Shown here in pieces: positions 20,016 through 41,185 of a stretch of DNA of 64,000 nt. This DNA is from the human T2T-CHM13v2.0 reference genome, Homo sapiens. The translations under genes and the position numbers were made by a program. The notes under the pieces were generated by a model. That model searched no databases, was not told the origin of the DNA, and saw nothing but the letters and a program-made list of their open reading frames with translations. The stretch lies in assembly GCF_009914755.1 (NCBI RefSeq), contig NC_060925.1. The stretch is one strand, 5' to 3'. Each line of letters starts with the position of its first letter. Positions within the stretch are counted from its first letter, which is position 1.

Positions 20016-21029
20016 CGGAATGCATCCTTTTGCTATATAAAATTTTTCATTGTCTTCTTTCATTATCTGCCTATAGGATAAGTTTCAAACTCTGAAAGAG
20101 GGCTTCCAAGGCCCTCTGTGTCAGACCCCACCTTCCTCTCTAGCTTTGTCTCTCACACCTACCCCCTTGCCTTCTCCAGGCCTTTTCAGTTCAGCTAAAC
20201 CCTTTCAGTTCCCCAAATCCAGCACACTATCTCTTGCTTCTGAGCATTTGAACATGGTATTATCTCTGCCCAGAACACCCTCCTCTCCCCGCTCTCTCTC
20301 CCATTACCTAACTCCTATTCGTCCTTCAGAGCTCAACTCAGCCATTTCCTCCGTTTACACATTTGCTCATTTATTCAGAGGGGGCAGCTGCACGTAAACT
20401 TTAAGAGCCTCAGAGAGAATGCTCAGTCCAGTCAGGGACCAGCTGGAAAGGGAAGGAACGGGGGAAGAGGAATGTAGGGTCTTAATGGTTTAAAGGGTGG
20501 GAGCTGAGAGGCCAAGCTACTGAGAAAATAAGGGTTCTCTGAACACTGAGTAATAATATACAGAAAAACAGAAAGTTAATAATGAGAACTTTGGGATTTT
20601 TCTCATGTATGTTTAAGTTAAATGTTCTTCTCAGGCCATAATAAACTTACAAAGGGCTTAATAGGGAACACTTAGATGACCAGGAAAATGTACTTAATAA
20701 CAAGTCATTTATTGAGCACTAAAGGCACTGAGTGGAGCATGTTATTGTACATCATCTACCACACTGCTTGTGACAAAATAAGTATTGCTCTCCCCCATTT
20801 TGCAGATGAGGAAGATTCAGAGATTTGCCGGAAGTCTCACAGTAAATTAGTGCCAGAGTCAAAGTTCAGACCTAAATCTATCTGAACCCAAAGCCAACTT
20901 CTTGATCTTGACATTCTTTTGCCCACTTTTACTATGGGATAGATTTAAGGGGAGATTCTAATGTGCCAAGAAGATGGGGAGCCCATTGGTAGTTCTCACA
21001 CTTAATGTCCCCATGACACCCATCCTGTG

Positions 21030-21160
21030 CCCGCTGACAGTTTGACAACTTACACAGCAGCTGGTTTGCTCGGAGGAGATCTCCGTTAATTAAAATAGCA
21101 CTAAGGGAGAGCAGTGCAAACCATGTCAGCAGGTAATTAATGCAAAGGAGGACTAAGGCA
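21030..21160. promoter_or_regulatory. Candidate enhancer (TALE/homeodomain/POU motifs)
   Basis: TGACAG 21035, TGACA 21043, TTAATTAA 21086, TAATTAATGCAAA 21134. Confidence 0.4.
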
Positions 21161-22619
21161 TGCAGAAATGCTCAGCCTCTACCTGCCAGAGCCCAGCTTC
21201 ACTCATTGCCCCCAGACTAAAGCTGCCACTTTGTCCCTCTGGCTACGAGCTGCTGCCTGTCCTCCTACTTCCGTGGATGGGGAGGAACGACCTGTCCTCT
21301 GAGGTCACACCCAGGGCTTCTACTCTTACTGGGCTCTGGACTCTCAGCCTTTTTTGAACTGTCTATCTCTCCCAGGAGATCCAGGAGGACAAGACCAGCC
21401 AGAGATCAACCATCCAGGCCCCAAGGCTTTGGGGACATCATCTCAGAGGAAGTGTCAATCCTAGCCTACTCCTGTCCCATCAAGCTGTCTGTCAGGAGTT
21501 ATTGACTTATGTCTTAGGACAGGACCTTGAACCAGTCTGCCTCAGTGTCTAGTGTGCTGGGCTGAACCAGACCCAACCTCCTCAATGCCTCTGCCCAGAA
21601 CTAGGACTTGCTTTCCTGTTGGACCTGGTCCTGAAGCTCACTGCTTTGGTGGGACCCTGATCCACCTTCCTGTTCCTCCTCTCATTTCATTATCATCATA
21701 TCTGCAGCAGGTACTCTGCAAAAAGATAGTTCTCCATTTTTCAGATGAACAAACTGAAGTTGAGAGCAGGGAAGTAGCTTGTCTAAGGACAGCAGACGTT
21801 TCCCTTCTGTTCAGAGGCTGTGCTCTTCTGGGATTCCAGCCATCAGTTCAGCTGTAACTTGCTTTTCTGTCTTTAATAAACCTTTTGTTTTGGAATAATT
21901 CTAGATTTACAAAGAAAGTTACAAGGACAGCAAAGAAAGTTCCCTTATACCCCTCACTCAATGTCTCCACTGTTGACATTTTCTGTTACCATGGTACCTT
22001 GGTCAAAACTGAGAATCTGACATTGTATACTTGATTTTTGAATCAAGAAATTTTTTTTCCCTCAGGAATGAGCTCCAAATTTCTCTCTTCTGCATCCAAA
22101 AGTCCAGTGAGGAGTGTGGATGCGTGTAATGTGGCCCCTTCATCACATCCACCCCGTGCGTTCCTACCTTATCCAGTGTCCCCAACCCCAAAAAACAGAA
22201 GGACCATCCAAGGAGGACCAGCTTCAGGCCCAGAGACTCAGATTCCTAGTCAGCATCCTTCAGGTACCTCACTCATCAAGCTCCTCTTTCCATAAGGCTT
22301 CAAAGATACGACTTGCCCACAAACACACTCCTACCCACTAACCTCTAAACTAACTCCATCTTTAATTCTTGTGGACACCCACCCAATATCAACTCCATCC
22401 TCAAAGCTGTCAATAAGATCCAATGAAGCAAATATTTATTGATAACACAGAAATAAATCCAATCCTGTCCTGACCTTAAGCTGCTCCTGGTCCTTTGAAG
22501 GAAATAGAGGGCTTTGTATATGATTAAAATAGCATGTGGTAAGTGAAGCAGTGTAAACAGTGGTTAAGAGCTTGAGGTCTTCAATCAGAAATCTATGTGA
22601 CTTTAGCTAGGTGACATTA

Positions 22620-23347
<728 letters not shown>

Positions 23348-23899
23348 TTACCACAATAAAATTTTTAAAAATGTTATCCTATTAGATTACACTATTATCT
23401 ATGATTTGCAGATTGTCTCTTATAGTATTAGATTTCCTCACTTGTTTTGTAATTTTTATTTGTGAACACACCTTCCGGGAAGTTTTCCTCTATAGGATTC
23501 TATTAATTCCTTGGGTTTTGAATTAACTGTGAATTGCTTTGACCAATGTGATTCACTGGCTCTGGATCAGTTTTGATCTTGGGCTGGGGTTATTTTGATA
23601 TTGGGGTTTCTATATGAAGAAGATAGTGCAGAATAGTAGCTGTCTAGTCACACATTGCCCAGGACAGAGGTTGATATCTCAGGACTGACAAGAATACTTC
23701 TCATGGACTGGGCTGAGTGTCCCACTTTCACTTCTGTCCATATTTCCCAGGCAATGAGCCGGTACAGTTTTGTAAGCCTAAATGAACAGACAGGACAGCC
23801 CTTTTCCTACCTCCTCGTTTTTTTGCAAGGAGCCCAGTTCTAGCCTGTAATCTTGACTCCTGCCCTGGCATCTAGTATTAAAAGCTCAGCCCCAGCTAT

Positions 23900-25217
<1,318 letters not shown>

Positions 25218-25219
25218 TT

Positions 25220-25920
25220 AAATTTGAAGATGTGGAGGGCATCGATTACCTTGGTGAGAGCTGCTTCGTGGAGTGGTGGGAGACAGAAGCCTAACTGAAG
25301 AGTGGAAAGGAGGTGATGGACAGAGACAGGTGGGAGGTCCTCCTTCTGACAGGTGGCTGTGTAGAAAGGAGGCTGAGCTGGTGGCAGCAGGACAGGGGTC
25401 AGGGAGGTGTCTGTGGGCTGCGGGCAGGGAAGATGCAGGAAGAGTCAGAAGATGCAGAAAGGAAGAGATGTCCTGCAAAACCTAGGGATGGCAAGGGTCA
25501 ACCCCAAAGGAGTTGCTGGCCTTTCCCAGAAGGAGAAATCAGAATCCAGGGGAAAAGAAGAAGGATGAGAAGAGCACGGACATCATTTGACTTAGAGTAG
25601 GGGGGTGCAAATGAGGAAGTTCACATTCCTGGCTCTGTGGAGTTGGTAGAGCCAGGGAATAGACCTGGTTGAAGGGATGAGGAAGAGCAGAATAGATAGA
25701 GGCTTGAGGAGGGAGAGTGGGGAAGGTCTTTAGCAGCTGAGGTGGAAAAGAGGAGAGAGAGTCTCCCTTTGACAGCAGAAAGGCCGTGGGAATCCCTCCC
25801 ACGACCCTGGGCCAACATGGAGTGGGTACAAGTCAGGCAGCAGAGGGCCAAGGGTGAGGAAATCTGGGCCAAGGGTGAGAAGGCACAGTGGCCCAGGTGA
25901 GGCTGGGATGGAGTAAATGT
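25220..25920 (-). mobile_element. Probable L2 fragment
   Basis: GA-rich; GGAGTGGTGGGAGACAGAAGCC is L2-like. Confidence 0.45.
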
Positions 25921-25928
25921 TGAGAGAG

Positions 25929-26013
25929 AGAGAAGGGGAATGGGGCAAACCACCCCGTTCAGAGAGAGAGAGAGAGAAAGAGAAAGAGAAGGGGGATGGG
26001 GCAAACCACCCCG
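25929..26013. repeat. Direct repeat, 56-bp period, in a GA tract
   Basis: ATGGGGCAAACCACCCCG at 25940 and 25996. Confidence 0.85.
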
Positions 26014-26200
26014 AGAGAGAATGGAAGTAAGAGTGTGAATATTGTGCGAAAGTAAAAGTTTCCAAAAGTGGAGCTTGGGAAATTTTGCTTATATGTAAAT
26101 TGTTTTGCAGGTCTATTTGACTGGGACTTGACCTGTAAATGAAGCACAAACGAATGAATGCTAGATACAATAGATCAAAGAAAAAGAAAAGACAGCGAGA

Positions 26201-26769
<569 letters not shown>

Positions 26770-26809
26770 TTACTCCCTAAACTTGGTCCCTCTAGACTCA
26801 ATTCTTTTC

Positions 26810-27765
<956 letters not shown>

Positions 27766-28482
27766 ACACTCAGTTCTGTTCTCTGCATTTCTCCTCTCTT
27801 TCTTCCCTCTATCTCCTGCTATCAAGGAGCTCAGTGCCAAGATTGAAGTGCGGTTTGGGGGTTATTTTGTGAAGGGCTAGTTCTGAGGGCTGGCGCTGGG
27901 GTGGGGGGGCAGCTTCAAGGGTGCTGGGCCCCTGTATGCAGCTGAGGCCGAGTTGGGGAGGGGGAGACAGAGGCAGGGTGCCCCGGGCATGAAAGCTGCA
28001 GAGGTGTCAGAGGTAGAGACTTAATGACAAGCCCTGGGTCCACCTGTACAGATGAGCAGGGCTGGGAGGGAAATTGGAAAAGGGACACGTTCATTTTTCA
28101 GCACAGTTCTCTCTCCTTACACACACTCTTTCTCTCAATAAACAGCTGGAGCCTGCCTCTGTTCTGCCTCTCACTCCATTTCTACAAAGGACCCCTGGAG
28201 AGAGGTTGTAAAGTCGGTAAAGAGGGGAAGGCGTGGGGTTGCCTCCTCCGCTGGGACTTGCAGCTGTCAACGCAGTTGCCTGGGGGACACCCAGCCAGTC
28301 CCGTGGGCTTGGGCTAGCTAGGGTGAGGGTGGGGGAGGGTCGAAGAAGCAAGAACAAGGCTGGGAGGCTGCAGGGTGCCCCACACTTGAGCAGGTACTCG
28401 GCCGGAACCCTAAGCCTCTGGAGCCCCAGGTTGGCCCCTCAAAGGAGGCCTAGCTGCAGCCCAGAAGACTTCTCAAGAACCT

Positions 28483-28552
28483 TCCCCACCCCAACACACA
28501 CAGGGCTACAGGAACCCTCCCCACCCCAACACACACAGGGCTACAGGAACCC
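28483..28552. repeat. Perfect 35-bp tandem duplication
   Basis: TCCCCACCCCAACACACACAGGGCTACAGGAACCC x2. Confidence 0.95.
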
Positions 28553-28599
28553 TCTTCACTCACAGACACTCACGAAGCCCAGAGCTGTTAACTCCTACA

Positions 28600-28713
28600 C
28601 TGGGGCTTGTGCCTGTAATCCCTGCAACTTTGGAGGCTGAGGCGGGAGGATTGCTTGAGCCCAGGAGTTTGAGACCTGCCTGAGCAACATAGGGAGACCC
28701 CCCCCCGCCATCT

Positions 28714-28753
<40 letters not shown>

Positions 28754-28756
28754 ATA
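28600..28756 (+). mobile_element. FLAM/Alu monomer with (TAAA)n tail
   Basis: Left-monomer sequence plus tetranucleotide tail. Confidence 0.85.
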
Positions 28757-29126
28757 CTGCCACACCGGGTTCTCCTTCTCCTACTCCAAATTGGGACAGT
28801 GGGAATGCTCAGCTGAACCTCTGGGCCAGGGAGAGGCTGAGTTGCCTCTGAGGTCAGCATCTTAGGTGCAATTCCAGCCCTCATAGCCCCAACAAAACTC
28901 ACATCTGTTCCAGAAGAGTGGCTACATCTAGTCAAAGTTGTCTCAACACTGTTCTAAGAACCAGGGGCATACAGCCAACTCCTGGCACTAGGGAGAAAGC
29001 CGCTTCCTCCACTCCTCTGCTTGAGGAGGAGCTGGCGTTGGTATCCAGGAAATACACACCTGTCCACACATAAACTGGAGGCTCCCTAATGTAACTACAA
29101 TCAAATAACAATAATCCCGACCCCGA

Positions 29127-29322
29127 CCCAGAGGTGAAATTGCTGGATCATATGGTAATTCCATGTTTAATTTTTTGAGGAATTGCCATGTCATTTTCCA
29201 CAGCTGCTGTACTATTTATATTCCCACCAGCAATGCACAGGGGTTTCAATGCTGCACATTCTTGTCAACACTTGGTATTTTCTGGATTTTTGTTTATTTG
29301 TTTTTGACAATAGCCATCCTAG
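29127..29322 (-). mobile_element. L1M fragment
   Basis: GAAATTGCTGGATCATATGGTAATTC motif. Confidence 0.8.
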
Positions 29323-29458
29323 ATTGCCTTAGTAAAGTAGGGCAATCACTTCTGAATGTGGTCAACATTCACAGTCTTCATTTCCTTAAGTTCTGCTCAC
29401 TCCATCCGTCTCTCTAATTGGGCTCCCATCTCTATCAGTCTACTGAGCCTTGCCTTGC

Positions 29459-29702
29459 TGTAATGGTTAACGTGTCAACTTGAGTGGACATGTGGTTGCT
29501 CAGATTAAACATTGTTTTCTGTATCTGTGAGAGTGTTTCCAGATGAGATTAGCATTTGAATCAGTGGACTCCCTAAAGTAGATTGCCCTCCCCAGTATGA
29601 TTGGACATCATCCACTCACTTGAGGGCCTGAATAAAACAAAAGGCAGAGGAAGGAGGAATTTGTTGCTTTTTTTCCTGCCTGGCTGCTTGAGCTGGGTCA
29701 TC
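29459..29702 (+). mobile_element. MLT2-type ERVL LTR, 5' part
   Basis: TGTAATGGTTAA...GTGTCAACTTGA and GAGATTAGCATTTGAATCAGTGGACT. Confidence 0.8.
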
Positions 29703-29836
29703 CTGATGGCAGCAGCGGGCCATCTCTGTCCAACATATTCCATCTTTCCTTTATGGGCTCCTCTTCTCAGCCCACAGATGGTTGCCATCAGCCTCTGACT
29801 GCCCCGGGAGCCTAAAGCCAGCTTGAGAGAGGATTA

Positions 29837-30465
<629 letters not shown>

Positions 30466-30727
30466 TTAAGCTGAATGATGCCGTGATTACAGCTGACATT
30501 CTTATCTTCAACAGTATGGCTCTAACATAGGCCCCCTCGGACATGGCTGAAATCAAGGTCACCTCCTCATTGCCTAAAGGCATTTCCCAAATTCTGACTA
30601 GGTCACACTCTGCTAACTGCAGGGCCTCGTGCAGGGAAAGATGGGACAACCAGTGGCTAGGAGAGACTTTTGGCACAGGCATCATATTCATGAAGAGCCT
30701 ACATTTTATACTTTTATTTCCAATTAA

Positions 30728-31053
<326 letters not shown>

Positions 31054-31101
31054 GATTCGTCTGACTTTTAAAAAACTGTTAAAAGGAGTAATTTATTAAG
31101 G

Positions 31102-31484
31102 TGCTATGAACTAAATATTTGTGTCCCTGCAAAATTCATATGTTGAAGCCTAAATCCCCAATGTGATGGTATTTGGAGGGGAGGACTTTGGGGGGCAATT
31201 GGGTCATAAGGATAGACCCTCACAAATGGGATTAGTGCCCTTATAAAAAGAGACATGAGAGAGATGAGAGATGATCATTCTCTGCTCCCTACCACAAGAG
31301 AACACAGCAAGAAGGCAGCCATACACAAACCAGGAAGTGGTTTCTTCCCAGACATTGAATCTGCTAATTCCTTGATCTTGGACTTCCCTGCCTCCAGAAC
31401 TGTGAGAAATAAACGTCTGTTGTTTAAGCCACCCAGTCTATGGGTGGTACATATTTGTTACAGCAGCCCAAACTGACTAAGACA
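31102..31484 (+). mobile_element. MLT1A-type MaLR solo LTR
   Basis: TGCTATG start, AAATTCATATGTTGAAGCC, GACTAAGACA end. Confidence 0.85.
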
Positions 31485-31499
31485 CAAAGTAAGCATTTA

Positions 31500-32359
<860 letters not shown>

Positions 32360-32624
32360 TAAATGGCTGCCCCTCCTGAAAATGCCCGCCTCAGTGCTTC
32401 ACTGTAATTGTCATGCTTCTGCTCCCTCCTCTGCCTGTTCTTCTTTTCCCCACCCCGTAAATTAAAGCCTTCCTTTCCTAAGATGCAGCCTCCACTCTCT
32501 GGCTCTTCATCTCCCATTATCTTGCCCACCACCCCATGTCCACCAACCTTGCTAGGACAAATAATCTCCAAATTTCTATCTTCCAAAAAGACTTTCCTCC
32601 CTAGCCTAGGCATGTATTTCCCAA

Positions 32625-33045
32625 CTGTCTAAAGTTGGTTTTCTGAAAACACTCTTAGGTGGAGACCTGCGGGCAGGAATTGTATTGAGGAATGCTCTTG
32701 GGATCAACACAGTGGGGAGGGAAGAAAGGAGGATTGCGCAGATGAAGTAACTGAATGGTCAGAACAAAAGCCCCAAACAACCTGAAATGAGTTTTGGAAA
32801 CTGAGTGGCCTTCAGACATGCTTCTCCTTAAGCAAAGGGACCCAGCCTTTATACCCCTACTTTGGTCAGTCATTGGATGTTGACTGCCTGGGAAGGCAGT
32901 GTGACCTTGGGCCAGGTGGCTCTCTTCTGTTGAGGGCAAAGGCAGAGGGGCACTCAGCTGAGAGCCCTCAGCTACCAACACTCCTAGAAACAGGGCGATG
33001 AGTGCCTTATCTCTGAAAGGGGGATGTGGGTGAAGTATCACATCA
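32625..33045 (-). mobile_element. ERVL-type LTR (LTR40-like, tentative)
   Basis: CCTTTATACCCC...GTCAGTCATTGGATG...GTGACCTTGGG...CTCAGCTGAGAGC motifs. Confidence 0.55.
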
Positions 33046-33049
33046 TCTC

Positions 33050-33440
33050 CTACCAGCCACCTGCTGATCATCTCCACTTGGAAGCCCTCGGGCATCTCAA
33101 ATTCAACATACCCGAAACTGAACTGAATCTGTTCCTTTTCTGTGTTATTTGATGGTATGACCAATCTGCTAGGCTTGGTAGCTGAGTCAATTATCCTCAA
33201 CAACTCCTTCTCCTTTACCCTATATCCAACCAAGACTTCATCCCATAGAGGATATTAGGCTTTGTCTAAACTCCCTTGAATTCATCATTCCCATCTCCTC
33301 TTTCCCCACCACTGACCTGGCTCGGCCCTCAGCACCTTGTTATGGCATCGTACTTCAATGACCATCCAACAGATTCAGTGGAAAGAGCCTCTTAGCACGG
33401 CACAGGCAGAGCAGGTGCTACATGAAAAGTCTGTTGGGAT
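33050..33440 (+). mobile_element. L2 3' fragment
   Basis: GGCATCTCAAATTCAACATACCCGAAACTGAACT motif. Confidence 0.7.
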
Positions 33441-34177
33441 ACTGTAAGAGAAAAAAACAAAAAAAAGAGTGTGATACTCAACTGCCTAGGAATTAGTAAA
33501 GAAGGAAGGATAACAATTTTAATAACAAATGTTGTTAATTGTAATATATATAACACCACACGGTATGTTTTGTTAATTGTTATATTTATACAATCATGTC
33601 TACTTATTAATTTTATATTTATTACATTTGCAAGGATATCTTTGGGAAAATGATTTCACAGTATTTCTCAAGGGCCATGAAGACACTTTGATCTGGGAAT
33701 TCTGAGAACCTACCCCAAATAAATAGTTTGAAATATGAGAAAAAATATGAACAAAGATGTTCATTCTAACATTATTCATTATACACAGCTTAAATATCTA
33801 ATAATAGGGAATTAGTTAGATATTTAAGAATGAGTGGTTCAATGGAACATGATGAAACTATTAAAAATAATGGTTTCCATGCTATGTAACAGCATGGAAA
33901 ATTATTGCAATGTTAAGTCAAAAAGTTAGGATTCATCATGCTTATGCACTATAATTGCAACTACGTAAAAAGTATTATTAGGGAAAACAATGTGAAAGAA
34001 GATACACCAGCATGCTAAGAGTTATATTAGAAAAAAAGAAAAGTCATCCCTGGTATCTTCAGCCCCGCTCCCCACATGGTAATTTTTATCATTGGTCTTT
34101 CTTTCTCTGATATTGACAACAATGTCTTCTTAGTATGTAAAGCACTCTGGAAGTGCAGCTTCAAGATTCAGTCTCTT

Positions 34178-34497
<320 letters not shown>

Positions 34498-34619
34498 TCA
34501 GGTTGCTATCCCAAGCCCCTCTTATGATCAGAGTAATTCCATAACGCTACTTCTCAAACTTGTAATTGGTAGCTTTATAACATAACATATAATATATAAT
34601 ACAATATAATTATGATATA

Positions 34620-35250
34620 ATAAATAACATGCCTTAGTATTTCACTTCTTTTTGTTGCTAAATAATATTCTATTGTACGATTTACCACATTTTTAAATCT
34701 GTTCATCATTTGATGGACATTTGGGTCATTTCCATTTAGGCTACTATAAATATTTCTGCTATGACATTGTGTACAAATTTTTGTGTGACTACTGTATATG
34801 TTTTTGATTCTTTGGGGTATATATGTACTTAGCAATGGAAATGCTGGGTTGCATGGTAACTCTATGTTTAAACACTTCAGGGATTGCCAGGTTATTTTCC
34901 AAAGCAGCTGCACCATTTTACATTCCCACCGGCCAGTTATGAGGGCTCCAATTTCTCCACATCCTCACCAACACTTGTTATTATCTGTTCTTTTGATTAT
35001 TAACATCCTTGTGGGTGTGAAGGAGTATTTCATTGTGGTTTGATTTGCATTTTCCTGATGGCTAATGATGTTCACCATTGTTCTTTTTTTTTTTTTTTTT
35101 TTTTTTGAGACAGAGTCTCGCTCTCTCACCCAGGCTGGAGAGCAGTGGCACAGTAACAGCTCACTGCAGACTCAAACTCCTGAGCTTGAGCAATCCTCTC
35201 ACCTCAGCCTCCCAAAGTTAGGATTACAGGCATGAGCCACTGTGCCACTA
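34620..35250 (-). mobile_element. L1M fragment (to ~35080) followed by a truncated Alu
   Basis: GATGGACATTTGGG, CAAAGCAGCTGCACCATTTTACATTCCCACC. Confidence 0.8.
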
Positions 35251-35789
35251 TTATTCATTTTTAACCCAAACCAGTTTTTTTTTAACAAAATAAGATTGAA
35301 ATGTTCCCATATAAAAGTAATTATTGCATATTATTCTGTATTTGGGGGAAAAAAATCCAAAAGACTTAAAAAAAATTTAAGCCACACCCAAATACCACCA
35401 TCTAGAGCTAACTACTATAAACATTTCAGGGCATTTCCTTCTAATGTTTTTTTTTTTTTCCTATCCTTTCATGTGACATTTGCAATTTTGTTTCTGGCTT
35501 TTTCACTTCATATAATAAAATAGCAATTCCCCAACCTTTTCCTGAACATTACTGGATATAACAATTTCCTTAGCCATTCCCTTATGAATGGATGCTTGGT
35601 TATGTCCAGCTGTATTTAATATTGTGAATAATGCAGTAACATGGTGCTTTGATATTGCTCTTTAATGTCTGTGTTCCATTTGTCCAATAAGGCTCAGATC
35701 TTTGAAGAATCTGTCTTTTCTTCCCTTTCCATCCACCTACATCTTTCCAGGGTGGTGCTCAGTCCAGAGTAGACTCATTTAAGTCCTTA

Positions 35790-35970
35790 TTATGGCCCTA
35801 TTCTGAGCACTTGATACATAGCAAAGCATTTAATCCTCACAACTTCCCTGTGAGGTAGGTAATATTATTACCATCCCTTTTGTCCAAGGTCATTGGCTAG
35901 TAATGATGCAGAGGCAGAATTTGAATCCAGGTAGCCTGGATCCAGAGTCTGAATGCTGAACCATCAGTCA
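35790..35970 (-). mobile_element. MIR
   Basis: TTTAATCCTCACAAC...GAGGTAGG...CCAAGGTCA...TTTGAATCCAGG. Confidence 0.75.
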
Positions 35971-36109
35971 TCTTGCTTTCCTGTCATGCTAGTGGTGGAG
36001 GGAATTAAAAATGAGACAGCCAGCCATCCCAGCTCTGTGGGTGGATTGGTCTCATGTGCAAAATCTGTCACCTAAGCTTCATCCTTCATTTGAAAATGGA
36101 TAAGGGAAG

Positions 36110-37195
<1,086 letters not shown>

Positions 37196-37850
37196 AAGTA
37201 CACTCCTGTCTTCTATCTAGAAAGTCTTCTTCAAAGCCCTTAATTGGATCGTGTTCCCTGGTTAAACACATACCTTTCTCTTGACATGAATTACATTTTG
37301 TAATTGCTTTTCTTAAAAAAAAAAATTTTTTTTTTTATTATGGAAAAATTCAAACATAAGAAAAAAAAGAAGAGTATTCTAATCACCCAACTTCAACAAT
37401 TATCAACCCACAGCCAATCTGGTTTCACCTAACCCCCCATCTACTTCCCTCCTCCTGTCTTATTTTTAAACAATAAAACAGATCGTTTTATTTAATCTGT
37501 AAATGTTTTATTTAGCAAGTTTCTCTAAAAGATAAGCACTTTTAAAATCATAGTTACAATATCATTATCATGCTTTTAAAAGGCCAATTATGCTTGTTTT
37601 TTTCTTTTTCAACTTTTTATTTTGAAAAATTTAAAACAGAAAAGTTGCAAACTATCTGAGACTAAGTCGCATATGTTATGATCTTTTATCCTTAAACATT
37701 TCCACATATATTTCCCCAAAACAAGGAAATTCTTTGATATAACCAAAATATAGTGAGCACATTCAGGAAATTTAAGGTTGATACAATAAAAGATCTACAA
37801 TAAAATCCATATTCAAACTTTGCCATATGTCCCAATGATGTCCTTTACAA

Positions 37851-38825
<975 letters not shown>

Positions 38826-39199
38826 TGTCTCTTTAGTGCCCTTTAATCTGGAACAGTTCATTCCTCTTTCATGGCATTGATATTTCTGAAGAGCACCTGC
38901 CAGCTGTTTTGTAGGCCAACCCTGAATTTAGGCTTGCCTGATGGTTTCCTCCTGGTTCTGCATTCCTCAGGTTCCACATCATGGGCAGGAGTGGTACCTA
39001 GGGGAGTCCTAAAGGCTGCATCGGGAGGCAGATGTCCATTGCTTCATCATGATGAAGCTGATTGCTTAAGGTGCCCTATAATTGCTTTTTAAATTTCAAA
39101 TGATCTGGGGCTTTTTTTCTGCTAGACTGTGAGCTTGATGAGGGCAGAAGTCATGTCTGTTATCTCCATCTTTGTATCCCTCAAGCATAGCAAATTTAA

Positions 39200-39730
39200 A
39201 CTGGAAAATCGAACCTGCAAATGCATGTGCCGGCTAATGCCTCTCCCTTTATTCAGCCTCACAGCAGCCCCGGGAAGGACTAATTGAGATCTCAGATGGG
39301 GGAAAGGAGGCTCAGAAAGGGGCAGGCTCCATAACAGCGCTATTTTCCCAAACTTTTCCTGCCTGGGCTGTTTCCTCCCTTCTAAGACTCTCCCTTTGGA
39401 TGGCACCTGGGAAAAAGCTCCTCGCCACCACCCCCTCCCCCGACTCCCCCCCCCACCCCCCGAAGTAATGGTTTCAAGGGAAACAGAAATTCCAGAAAGA
39501 AGGAAAGCAAAGCGCATTAGCTGTCCAGAGCCTAGGGGCTGGGGGAGACGGGGGAGGCCCTATTTGCATTTTTCCCATTAACAAGCTGGAGTTGAGCTAG
39601 CTTGCCTGGGGAGATCATCTGAGAGGAAAATCTTTGCATATTTTATTTAAAAGCACGCTGCATTAGGCGGGTAATAATGCAGAGTGTGGCGATTAGGTGA
39701 GGCCTGCAGGGGGCGGGGGTGGGGTCCTTT
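39200..39730. promoter_or_regulatory. Candidate enhancer (octamer, AP-2, homeodomain motifs)
   Basis: ATTTGCAT 39562-39569, TTTGCATA 39633, GCCTAGGGGC 39530, inverted CTGCATTA/TAATGCAG. Confidence 0.45.
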
Positions 39731-40009
39731 CCCTCCCTTACCTCTAACTAACCCACCCTGGAAACCCCTCAATCCTGAGAACCAGCCTCCCTAAAGGAAC
39801 AGCCCTTTGGCCTCAGAGGCAGGTTGAGACTCCAGCCTCTGTAATTCCACTCTTTCTTGCTAAGAGAGCCGGAGAGATAGGAGGAACTGCCCTGGGCAGG
39901 AAGAAGGACAGAAGTGGGTGGGACAATAGAACAAGGACCAGTGTCCAAAGCTGGACTCTAGCCCTGTGGTTCTAAGTGATGGGGGTGGCCATGTGGGGAA
40001 GTGTAGGGA

Positions 40010-40195
40010 GATACTACCCCTATAGGGGGCTTTTAAACATGTGAAAGAGATGTTTTGGTGTTCTCAATAATTGGGTAGGCAGTGCTATTATTAGTACTTC
40101 CTGTCTAGGGGACAGGGATGCTAACTGGGACCTTCCATTGCCCAGGACAAGCTCACTCAAAGAATTATCCAAATGCCAAAGGCACTCCCATTGGG
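40010..40195 (+). mobile_element. MER20-like DNA transposon remnant
   Basis: CAGGGATGCTAA...CAGGACAAG...AAAGAATTATCCAAATG. Confidence 0.5.
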
Positions 40196-40434
40196 CTAAC
40201 CCTTCCTGTACAAGTGCAGGCGTGCATACACACACACACGCACACATACACACACACGCACAAATCAGACTTTCCTTTAAGCCCTGCCATTCTGTGTTAC
40301 TACGGACTTAACAGAGTCCTGGATGGTCAAATAGTTGAATAAACAGGGTCCCTGCTTCATCACAAGCTGTTGAGTTTGTGCAATTCATTTATCCTCTCTG
40401 AGTCTCTATTTCCCAATTTATAAAATAGACATAT

Positions 40435-41185
<751 letters not shown>

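Noticed and set aside
32655-33233. 192-aa minus-strand ORF
   Set aside because: Spans an L2 fragment and an LTR
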